Shown in pieces: positions 1 through 8,560 of a stretch of 64,000 bases of DNA. Positions within the stretch are counted from its first letter, which is position 1; each line of letters opens with the position of its first letter. The position numbers were made by a program, and so were the translations under genes. The DNA is from an uncultured Fibrobacteraceae bacterium (lineage in GTDB: Bacteria > Krumholzibacteriota > Krumholzibacteriia > LZORAL124-64-63). The notes beneath the pieces were generated by a model. That model saw only the letters and a list, made by a program, of their open reading frames with translations, did no database searches and was not told where the DNA came from. The stretch spans positions 3,694 to 67,693 of the forward strand of contig CAYWTR010000012.1 of NCBI GenBank assembly GCA_964461255.1, written 5' to 3'.

Positions 1-2226
1 GCGGTCTTCCTGCTGCTGGGCGGGACGGCCGGCGGCGCGGGCGCGGATGAAGGCGAATTCCTGGAGGGGACGGCAGCGGTGGGCGCCCGCTACACCGATG
101 TGCGGGACGAGCTCGGCCGGGCGGGCGAGTACGTCAGCGCCCGCGGCGTCGAGGACCTGCTGCCGCTGGTGACGCTGGACCTGCGCGCGGGGACTCCCCG
201 CACGTTGCTGGACGTCATGCTGCTCTACCGCGACGCCGACGAACAGGGTCTGGGCATGAGGCTCGACACCGGCGCCGACGTCACGGCCGGTTTCAGCTAC
301 GGCTCCTTCGCCCACAACCTCGACCATGACCGGCTGCAGAACCTGCAGGCGCGCGAGCTGGTGTGGAACGCCGGGGCGGGCGAGTTCCGGCCGGGCGGCA
401 AGCAGATCTACCACACCGACTTCGACCCGCGGGGCCGCTACTCCCTGCGCCACGAACGGCTCGAGGGCGAAATGGCGGTCCGGCTGCCCAAGCTCGCCGA
501 CGGCCGTCTTTACGCCAAGTACGACGACCAGCGGCGCCACGGCTGGCGGCAGGCGACGGCGATCGACCACTGCGCCTTCTGCCACATCTCGGCCGACCGC
601 CGCGAGGTCGACGAGCAGACCAAGACCTGGCGAGCGGGCGCCGAGGGCACGGTGGGACGGCTTTCCTGGAACTACGAGTACGGCGCCGCCGACCACCTGG
701 ACGGCTCGCGGTCGCCGACGCGGCGCTGGGCGGCGGCGATGCACCCGGTGTTCGGCGAAACCGATCCGGTCACCGGCGCCAATTACGCGGTCGAGTTCGG
801 CTCGCGTCTGGCGTACGCCGACGTCACGCTGCCGTACGCGCGCAGCACCTCGTCCGAGCGCCGCAGCCACTACGCCGGCCTGAAGCTGCAGCTGCCGCGG
901 GACAACACCCTGCGCGGCTCGTACCACCGCACCGACCGCAAGAACTGGGAAAGCGGGGTCGAAGGCAAGCTCGACGCCTACGCCGGCAGCTGGGCCTCGC
1001 AGCTGGACGCCAAGACGCGGTTGACGGCGCGCTTCCTGTCCTACCAGGTCAAGGTCGAGGACGTTTTCGTCGACCTGCCGAACTGGCGCAACGGCCGGCC
1101 CGGCGGCGGCCAGAGCTTCGACTGGACCCGCATCAGCGCGGCCAACCGCGACGTCTGGCAGACCGATGTCGACGCCAGTAGGCGGCTGTGGAAGGGCGGG
1201 CAGGTGCGCGCGGGCTGGCGCCACCAGGTGATCGACCGCCACGCCATGGCCATCTCCCACGCCACCTACGTGCCGGCCGACGGCGCCGACCTGTACGTGC
1301 CGGCCGCGCCCTACGCCAACGAGACCACGCTCGACCGCTTCAAGCTGGCCTTCTCCAATCGCTACGGGCGCAAGGGAAGCAGCCACCTGGACTACACCTA
1401 CACCAAGGTGGACCGCCCCTTCATGAACCCGACGGCGATGTGCGAGGAGGGGCTGCGCGGCGAGAGCCACAACCTGGACGGCAACAGCCTCGTCTACTAC
1501 TTCCAGCGCCAGCGCTACGGCAACGGCACCAGCCTGCCCTCGGCGTCGAATCGGGCCAACCTGCGCGGCGCCTACCAGCTCTCGTCGCGGACATCGCTCA
1601 GCGGCTTCCTGACCGCTGCCTTCGAGGAGAACGACCAGCTCAACGTCTACACCTACGAGCGGACCGTGCTCATGCCGGGGGTGAACGTCTGGACGGCCCC
1701 GACCGAAAAGCTGATGCTGACGGCCGGATACACCTGGAGCGTGATCGAGTCGAACGCCAACCTGTGTCCGCCAATCTTCGATGGGTGAGCGGGCCACCTG
1801 CTCGGGTCCGGTGCGGACCTGGAACACTTCGATTCGGTCGACGCCACCTCCGAGTACACGACGCGGACCACGGTCGCCTTCGTCAGCGCGAACTGGGCCG
1901 CCGGCGCGAAGCTCAACCTCTTCGCCGAGGGGGTCTACGCCCACGGCCAGGGCGCTTTCGACGGCTTTGGGCTGCCGGCCGTCAGCCACGCCGAGCACAC
2001 CGCGCCGAGCAACTGGGACAACGACTACTCGCAGATCTATCGCTACAGCGATCTCGACTACATCCAGCTCGAGGGGACCCTGGGGGCCGGCTACGCCCTG
2101 AACGCGCGCGCCAGCCTGTACGGGTCGATCTCGATGGTGGACCTGCGGGACGACCAGGCTTACGTTTACGGCGACCTGAGCGGCCGCCTGACCACGTTCG
2201 CCGCCGGCATGAACGTCGGCTTCTGA
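1..2226 (+). CDS. Outer-membrane beta-barrel protein, 5'-partial; single CXXCH motif (CAFCH, nt 571-585); in-frame TGA at 1786-1788
   Basis: Frame 1 is open from the window edge (signal-peptide-like AVFLLLGGTAGGAGA, nt 1-45) to TGA 2224-2226, with one internal TGA at 1786-1788. The same frame and GC3-rich codon usage hold on both sides of that TGA. Alternating aromatic/polar beta-strand pattern and a C-terminal ...AAGMNVGF typical of OM beta-barrels. Confidence 0.5.
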
Positions 2227-2320
2227 ACGCGACGCCCCGCGCGCCGCGTGCAGAGATGGGGGCTCCGATCAGGAGCCCCCGTCGTCTTTCAACCCCGCCC
2301 AACCCGCGGAGGCGCAAGCG

Positions 2321-3700
2321 ATGACGTTCCGCACGGTCAACCCCGCCACCGGCGAGATGGTCGCCGAATACCGCCTGCACACGGCCGCCGAGGTCGCCGC
2401 CGCCGCGCGCGGCGCGCGCGCCGCCTTCAGAGTCTGGCGGGAGCGGCCCCTGGCCCAGCGCACGGCTCTGCTCGGCGCGCTGGCCGCGGTCCTGCGCGCC
2501 CGCCGCGACGACTTCGCCCGGCAGATCACGCTGGAAATGGGCAAGCCGATCGCCGAGGCCCGGGCCGAGGTGGAGAAGTGCGCCTGGCTGTGCGAGGTCT
2601 ACGCGGAGCGGGCCGCGGACTGGCTGCGGGAAGAGGAGGTCGCCGCCGACGGCCTGCGCCACCGCGTCGTGCACCAGCCGCTGGGCGTGATCCTGGGCAT
2701 CATGCCGTGGAACTACCCCTTCTGGCAGGCGCTGCGCTTCGCCGTGCCGGCGCTGACGGCCGGCAACGCCGCGCTGCTCAAGCACGCCCGCAACGTCAGC
2801 GGCTGCGCCCTCGCCATCGAGGCGGCGTTCCGCGAAGCTGGCTTCCCGCCCGATCTGTTCCGCGCCGTGCTGGCCGATCACGCGGCGGCGGCGGCGCTGA
2901 TCGCCGGCGACGACATCGCCGCCGTCTCTCTGACCGGCAGCACCGAGGCCGGCCGCCGCGTGGCCGAAGCCGCCGGCCGGGCGCTCAAGAAGGTCGTGCT
3001 GGAACTGGGCGGGTCGGATCCCTTCATCGTGCTCGACGACGCCGACGTGGAGCTGGCGGCGGCGCAGGCGGTGCGGGGGCGGCTGCTGTGCAGCGGGCAG
3101 AGCTGCATCGCCGCCAAGCGCTTCATCGTGCACGCCGCGCTGGCCGAGCCGTTCACGGCCCGCTTCGCCTCCTTGATGGCCGCCCAGCGGGTCGGCGATC
3201 CCCTGGACGAGCGGACGCAGGTCGGGACCGTCGTGGGCGACGAGGCGCTGGCCGAGCTGGAGGCGCAGATCGAAGACGCGCGCGCGCGGGGAGCGCGCGT
3301 GGTGACCGGCGGGCGGCGGCTGCCGGGTCCCGGCTTCTTCCTGGCGCCGACCGTGCTGGCCGATGTCACCGCCGGCATGCGTGTCTGGCAGGAAGAGGTC
3401 TTCGGCCCCGTGGCGCCCGTGATGGCCGTGCGCGACGAGGAGGAGGCGGCGGCGGTCGCCAACGCCACCGCCTTCGGACTGGGCGGCAGCGTCTGGACGC
3501 GCGACCCGGAGCGCGGGGAGCGTCTGGCGCGACGCCTCGAGGCGGGAGCCGTCTTCGTCAACGGCATCGTCAAGTCGGACCCGCGGCTGCCTTTCGGCGG
3601 CGTCAAGCAGAGCGGCCTGGGGCGCGAGCTCGCGAGGCACGGCCTGCTGGAATTCGTCAACGTGCAGGCGCTCAGCGTCTATGCCCACGGCGCGGCCTGA
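2321..3700 (+). CDS. NAD(P)-dependent aldehyde dehydrogenase (succinate-semialdehyde dehydrogenase-like)
   Basis: 459-aa ORF. ALDH hallmarks: ELGGSDP glycine motif and catalytic Cys context CSGQSCIAAKRF. GGAGG Shine-Dalgarno ~6 nt upstream of the ATG. Confidence 0.85.
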   Translation: MTFRTVNPATGEMVAEYRLHTAAEVAAAARGARAAFRVWRERPLAQRTALLGALAAVLRARRDDFARQITLEMGKPIAEARAEVEKCAWLCEVYAERAADWLREEEVAADGLRHRVVHQPLGVILGIMPWNYPFWQALRFAVPALTAGNAALLKHARNVSGCALAIEAAFREAGFPPDLFRAVLADHAAAAALIAGDDIAAVSLTGSTEAGRRVAEAAGRALKKVVLELGGSDPFIVLDDADVELAAAQAVRGRLLCSGQSCIAAKRFIVHAALAEPFTARFASLMAAQRVGDPLDERTQVGTVVGDEALAELEAQIEDARARGARVVTGGRRLPGPGFFLAPTVLADVTAGMRVWQEEVFGPVAPVMAVRDEEEAAAVANATAFGLGGSVWTRDPERGERLARRLEAGAVFVNGIVKSDPRLPFGGVKQSGLGRELARHGLLEFVNVQALSVYAHGAA

Positions 3701-3727
3701 GGCGGCCCGCCGGTGCGAGGAGGCGAC

Positions 3728-4531
3728 GTGGCGCAGCCGCGGCGCGACGGCCTGACCGCCTTCCTCATCGTCCGCGACGAGGAGGCGCTGCTGCCCCGCT
3801 GCCTGGCCAGCCTGGCCGGGGTCGCCGATGAAGTGGCCGCCATCGACACCGGCAGCCGCGACGGCACGCGCGACGTCCTGGCCGCCGCCGCCGCGTCCGG
3901 CCGCTTCCGCCGGTTCGACTGGACCGAGCGCCCCTTCACGAATTTCGGCGCGCTGCGGCAGGCGTCGCTGGCGCTGGTGCAGACGACGTGGGCGCTGTGG
4001 ATCGACGCGGACGAGGCGCTCTCGCCCGCGCTGCGCCTGCGCCTGCGCGAGCTGCGCCGGCGCGGCGAACTGGCGACCTGCGACGGCTGGGAGATCCAAC
4101 GGGTCAACCGCGTGCTGGGGCGAGTGATGACCGGGCGCAACCTGTCCGGCCAGCACATCCTGCGGCTCTTCCGCGCCGAGGGGGCCCGTTTCTCGGACTC
4201 GCTGGTGCACGAGGGGATCGTCCTGCCAGCCGGCAGCCGTGTCGGCCGCCTGCGCGAGCCGCTGTTGCACGAGGCGATGACCAGCTGGCGCGCCTACCTG
4301 CGCAAGGTCGATCTCTACACCACGCTCGACGCCGCTTCCGGCGCCAAGCCGTTCCGGCCGCTGCATCTGCTGACGACCGGGCCGCTGACCTTCCTGCGGC
4401 ACTGGCTGGGGCGCGGCGGCTGGCGCGACGGTTGGCCCGGCCTGGTGTGGGCCGCCACGTCCGCCTGGGGCGCGGTGCTGCGCGACTGCAAGCGCGCCCG
4501 GCGGGAACGGGCCCGCCGGCGCGCGGCGTGA
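3728..4531 (+). CDS. Family 2 glycosyltransferase (LPS-core type)
   Basis: ORF 3713..4531. Preferred GTG start at 3728 preceded by GAGGAGG. GT2 motifs (LIVRDEE...IDTGSRDGT...WIDADE...VHEG). Clear paralog of the GT2 at 34627..35382. Confidence 0.65.
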   Translation: MAQPRRDGLTAFLIVRDEEALLPRCLASLAGVADEVAAIDTGSRDGTRDVLAAAAASGRFRRFDWTERPFTNFGALRQASLALVQTTWALWIDADEALSPALRLRLRELRRRGELATCDGWEIQRVNRVLGRVMTGRNLSGQHILRLFRAEGARFSDSLVHEGIVLPAGSRVGRLREPLLHEAMTSWRAYLRKVDLYTTLDAASGAKPFRPLHLLTTGPLTFLRHWLGRGGWRDGWPGLVWAATSAWGAVLRDCKRARRERARRRAA

Positions 4532-4533
4532 GC

Positions 4534-4559
4534 CGGCGCGCCATCCCCGCGGCGCGCCG
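4534..4559. terminator. GC hairpin between convergent genes (GGCGCGCC-N8-GGCGCGCC)
   Basis: 9-bp perfect stem with 8-nt loop, 3 nt after the GT2 stop and ~43 nt after the stop of the minus-strand ABC gene. No U-tract. Confidence 0.3.
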
Positions 4560-4601
4560 CCCCGCCGGCCGGCCGCTCCGGCGGCGGGCGGCCCCACCCG
4601 C

Positions 4602-6530
4602 TCAGCTGCGGAACTGCAGGTTGTGCAGCGCCCGATACGGCCCCTCGGCCTCGACCAACTCGGCGTGGGTGCCGGTCTGCACCAGCCGCCCGTCCTTCAG
4701 GACATGGATGCGGTCGGCGCTCTGGATGGTCGACAGGCGGTGGGCGATGACGATCGTCGTGCGGTCGCGCACCAGGCGATCGATCGCCTCCTGCACCAGC
4801 AGCTCGGATTCGGTGTCGAGGGCGCTGGTGGCCTCGTCCAGGATCAGGATAGGCGGGTCCTTCAGGATCGCGCGGGCGATCGACAAGCGCTGGCGCTGCC
4901 CCCCGGACATCTTGACGCCGCGGTCGCCGATCACGGTGTCGTAGCCGCGGGGCATCTGGGCGATGAAATCGTGCGCGTTGGCCGCGCGCGCCGCGGCCTC
5001 GATGCGCGCCTGGTCCACGTCGCGCAGGCCGTAGGCGATGTTGGCGCGCACGGTGTCGTTGAACAGGATGACCTCCTGCGTCACGATGCCCATCGCCCGC
5101 CGCAGCGACGGCAGCGTGAAACCGCGCACATCCTGCCCGTCGATGAGCACCCGTCCCTGTTGCGGCTCGTAGAAGCGCGGGATCAGGTCGACCAGCGTCG
5201 ACTTGCCGGCCCCGCTGGGTCCCACCAGCGCCACGACCTCGCCGGGGGCCACGCGCAGGGAGATGCCGCGCAGCACGGGCTCGCCGGGCACGTAGGCGAA
5301 CCAGACATCCTCGAAGGCGACCTCGCCCCGCGGCCGCGCCAGCTCCCTGGCGCCGGGCGCCGCCACCGGCTCGGGAACGACATCGAGCACCGCGAAGATG
5401 CGCTCGGCCGCCGCCATCCCCTCCTGGATATTGTTGTTGACGCCGCTGAGCGCCTTGACCGGGTGCACGAGCGAGAAGATGCAGACCAGGAAGACGATGA
5501 AGAGGTCGGGCGGCAGCTGCTGCGCGCCCGCCAGCACCTGGCGGCCGCCGTACCACAGGATGAACAGCCCCACCCCCACCGACAGCTGCTCGGTCAGCGG
5601 CGACGACAGCCGCTCGATGCGCGCCATCTTGTACATGTCCCGGAACAGGCGGTGCGACTCGGCGAGAAAGCGCGCCCCCTCGAAGCGCTCCATGACGAAC
5701 GCCTTGACCACGCGCACGCCGGTCACCGTCTCCTGCAGGATCGAGGTCAGGTTGGCCATCTTCTCCTGCTGGCGGTGGCTGTACTTGCGCAGCTTCTGGC
5801 CGATGCGGATGATGATCAGCATGCTCAGCGGCAGCACGGCCAGGGCCAGCAGCGTCAGCTGCCAGCTGATCAGCAGCGCCTGCGCCAGGAAGACCACGAT
5901 GAAGATGGGGTCGCGCACCAGATTCGTGAAGCTGACGTTGACGCACTTGTAGGCCACCTGCACGTCGTTGGTGGCGCGGCTGATCAGCTCGCCGGCCCGC
6001 CGCTGGTGGTAGAAGGCGAGCGGCAGGTGCATGAATTTCGTGAACAGCTCGTCGCGCAGGTCCTTGATCATGCGCAGGCCGACGTACGACATCAGCACCG
6101 CCTGCAAATAGCCGGCGGCGTTCTTGACCAGGTAGATGAAGAAGAAGATGACGCAGATGCGCCAGAGCGCCTCCAGCTTGGTGCCGCGCAGCAGGTAGCC
6201 GTCGACGCGCGCCTTGAGGCGGTCGCGCAGCCCCGTCAGACCGGTCACGCCCGCCCCCAGGTCGAGCGCCGCCGGCGCGCCGGACACGGGCGGCGGCGCG
6301 ACGAGCTGGCCGGCCGCCTCGCCCGTCGCCTCGCCCGTCGCCTCGCCCGCCCCCGCGCCCGCCCCCGCGTCGAGGGGAGCCTCGGTCGAGAACAACGTGC
6401 CCAGGAAGGGGGAGATCATCAGCACGCTCATGCCGCTGAGCACCGAGAAGACGATCATGAAGAGCGTCGACAGGATCAGCTGGCCCAGGTACGGCCGGAT
6501 GTAGCGCAGCGTGCGCAGGTATATCCGCAT
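4602..6530 (-). CDS. ABC transporter, fused permease/ATPase (MsbA-like lipid exporter)
   Basis: 642 aa. N-terminal 6-TM exporter domain plus Walker A GPSGAGKST, ABC signature LSGGQRQRLSIARA and Walker B ILILDEATSALD. Low-complexity insert AGAGAGAGEATGEATGEAAG encoded by a 12-nt tandem repeat (~6315-6350). Confidence 0.85.
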   Translation of the reverse strand: MRIYLRTLRYIRPYLGQLILSTLFMIVFSVLSGMSVLMISPFLGTLFSTEAPLDAGAGAGAGEATGEATGEAAGQLVAPPPVSGAPAALDLGAGVTGLTGLRDRLKARVDGYLLRGTKLEALWRICVIFFFIYLVKNAAGYLQAVLMSYVGLRMIKDLRDELFTKFMHLPLAFYHQRRAGELISRATNDVQVAYKCVNVSFTNLVRDPIFIVVFLAQALLISWQLTLLALAVLPLSMLIIIRIGQKLRKYSHRQQEKMANLTSILQETVTGVRVVKAFVMERFEGARFLAESHRLFRDMYKMARIERLSSPLTEQLSVGVGLFILWYGGRQVLAGAQQLPPDLFIVFLVCIFSLVHPVKALSGVNNNIQEGMAAAERIFAVLDVVPEPVAAPGARELARPRGEVAFEDVWFAYVPGEPVLRGISLRVAPGEVVALVGPSGAGKSTLVDLIPRFYEPQQGRVLIDGQDVRGFTLPSLRRAMGIVTQEVILFNDTVRANIAYGLRDVDQARIEAAARAANAHDFIAQMPRGYDTVIGDRGVKMSGGQRQRLSIARAILKDPPILILDEATSALDTESELLVQEAIDRLVRDRTTIVIAHRLSTIQSADRIHVLKDGRLVQTGTHAELVEAEGPYRALHNLQFRS

Positions 6531-6619
6531 CGGCAGGCGCCCTCGCGCGGGAGAAAGCGGGGATCGCGGGCAAGATCGTCCGGCGGCACGCCGCGGTCAA
6601 GCCGGCCGGAGCCGCGTGA

Positions 6620-8554
6620 TCATGGCACGGCCGGGCGCTCGCGTCCAGGCGTCTGGCCCTCGGCGCCCGCCTGCCAGCGGATGCGGTAGAGGGTGGCGCT
6701 GGTCCCTTGCAGCAGGGGCACGAAGCGTGGATCGCCGGCGAAGGCGGCGCGATCCAGCGGCGCGCGGTGCGGCGCGGGCAGACTCAAGTCGCTGGCCCAG
6801 AGCAGATTGACACCCCGCCGGCGCAGAGCCTCCGCCTCGACGCCCCACGGGCTGGCCGCCAGGCCGCAGGCCAGCCGGTGCAGGCTGCGGCCCTGCGCGT
6901 CCCACAGCTCCCAGCTGCACGGCTGCAGGAAGGCACAGCCCGAGATCTGCGCCGCCCAGGCGCTGCCATCGTCCCGGAAGTTGGCGACCACGTCGCCCGG
7001 AGACACCGCGGCGGGCAGCCGGCAGGCAAGTTCGTAGGCGGCCTTGTCGAACGGCACGACCGCGTGGAAGCTGCGGTACATCTTGACCACGGCGCGCGGC
7101 GCGGGATGCAGCGCGGCGGCGCAGAGCAGCACCAGCGCGGCCGCGCCCCATGCCGGGCCGCGGCGCGCCCGCACCCAGGCCGCCGCGACCAGCGGCGGCG
7201 CGGCCAGCAGGGGCCCCAGCACGAAGACCTGGAGGTAGAGCACGCGCGCCGCCTGCCCGTAGAACGGCGCCGCCAGCGCGCCGGCGTCCGGCGCGGGTCG
7301 GGTCGCCACGACGAGGTAGTAGGCGCCCAGGGCCAGGCCGAGCAGGCTCAGGCGGCGCAGCGCCGGCAACGCGAGCCCCAGGGCCACCCCGGCCAGCAGC
7401 AGCGGCTTGAGCGCTCCGGCACGCCCGCCCGCGCCGATGTATTCCCCAACGGCCTGTCCGAGGGACAGCGGCGCGTGCCCCTCGGCGACCGCCTTGCCGG
7501 CGTAGACGCTCAGCAGCGGCAACGCTTCCGGCCAGGCCGCCAGCGCGAGAGCGCCGGCGCCGCAGAGCAGCGCGGGCCAGGCTCGCCGTCCGGGCGCCGC
7601 CGTGGCGACTCCCCTCTCGCCGCCGGCGCGGTGGCGCGGCAGCCAGATCGCCAGCAACAGCACCACCACGACCTCGGCCGCGTGGATCTGCAGCAGCCCG
7701 CCCAGCAGCAGCCCCACCAGCGCGCCCGCCCACGGTGTGCGTTCCCGGGCGGCGCCGCGCCAGGCCAGGACGACCGCCGGCGTCAGGAACATGCCGGCGA
7801 TCAGGCCGAAGCCGCCCCAGCCGAGCACCCCGGCCGGCGCGAACTTGTTGAGCGACGTCAGCAGGGCGCCGAGCATCAGGCCGCCTCCGGCGACGCCGAA
7901 GGCGCGCCACAGCAAGGTCAGGGCGGCCGGCAGCAGGCAGAGCAGGCAAAGGGGCAGGAACCAGGCGCTGACGTAGGGCGCCAGGCCGCCGAGTCGGGCG
8001 ATCAGGGCGGCGGCGCCGTGCCATCCCGCCAGGTACAGCGCCGCCGGCCGATCGCCGCCGGCGGGGAATAGCCGCGCCGGCGAGAGGGCCTCCGCCCCGA
8101 TCACGCGCCGCACGAGTTCGGCATGGTTGGCGGCGTCGTGGAGATGGGGCGGCACCGGCAGGTCGTGGAATCCGGCCCACAGCATCAGGCCGACTCCGCC
8201 GGCGCAGCCCAGCAGCCACAGCTGGGCCGCCCCGCTCAGGGGCGCAAGCCCCGCGCTCCAGGCCTCCACGGCGCGCCGGTGCGCGGGCGCGCGGCCCAGC
8301 GCCAGCCCCGACAGCAGGGCGGCCGGCAGGTAGACGACCGGCGACAGCGGCAGGCGGGCCAGTCCCAACGCCGTGCCCAGCAGCGGGACGAGCAGAAGCC
8401 CGGCCGCCAGCGAGCAGAGCGTTCGCCCCAGCGGCTCCAGGCCGCTCAGCCAACGGCCGACCGCCAGATGCCCGGGAAGCCAGAGCAGCATGGCCGCCGC
8501 CGCCGACCAGCGCAGCCAGAGCAGCGGGTCGGTGAGCGGAAACGGCGCGTGCAT
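6620..8554 (-). CDS. Polytopic inner-membrane protein, GT-C-like (hypothetical)
   Basis: 644-aa ORF. N-terminal ~430 aa is highly hydrophobic (>=10 predicted TM segments) with a hydrophilic C-terminal domain. Start lies 7 nt downstream of the beta-helix gene stop and 89 nt upstream of the ABC exporter. Confidence 0.45.
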   Translation of the reverse strand: MHAPFPLTDPLLWLRWSAAAAMLLWLPGHLAVGRWLSGLEPLGRTLCSLAAGLLLVPLLGTALGLARLPLSPVVYLPAALLSGLALGRAPAHRRAVEAWSAGLAPLSGAAQLWLLGCAGGVGLMLWAGFHDLPVPPHLHDAANHAELVRRVIGAEALSPARLFPAGGDRPAALYLAGWHGAAALIARLGGLAPYVSAWFLPLCLLCLLPAALTLLWRAFGVAGGGLMLGALLTSLNKFAPAGVLGWGGFGLIAGMFLTPAVVLAWRGAARERTPWAGALVGLLLGGLLQIHAAEVVVVLLLAIWLPRHRAGGERGVATAAPGRRAWPALLCGAGALALAAWPEALPLLSVYAGKAVAEGHAPLSLGQAVGEYIGAGGRAGALKPLLLAGVALGLALPALRRLSLLGLALGAYYLVVATRPAPDAGALAAPFYGQAARVLYLQVFVLGPLLAAPPLVAAAWVRARRGPAWGAAALVLLCAAALHPAPRAVVKMYRSFHAVVPFDKAAYELACRLPAAVSPGDVVANFRDDGSAWAAQISGCAFLQPCSWELWDAQGRSLHRLACGLAASPWGVEAEALRRRGVNLLWASDLSLPAPHRAPLDRAAFAGDPRFVPLLQGTSATLYRIRWQAGAEGQTPGRERPAVP

Positions 8555-8560
8555 GATGGG

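Noticed and set aside
1781-2101. Apparent frameshift or second gene after the TGA at 1786 (track ORF 1781..2101 in another frame)
   Set aside because: Recounting shows the sequence after the TGA continues in the same frame as 79..1788 through to 2226. It is an in-frame stop, not a frameshift.
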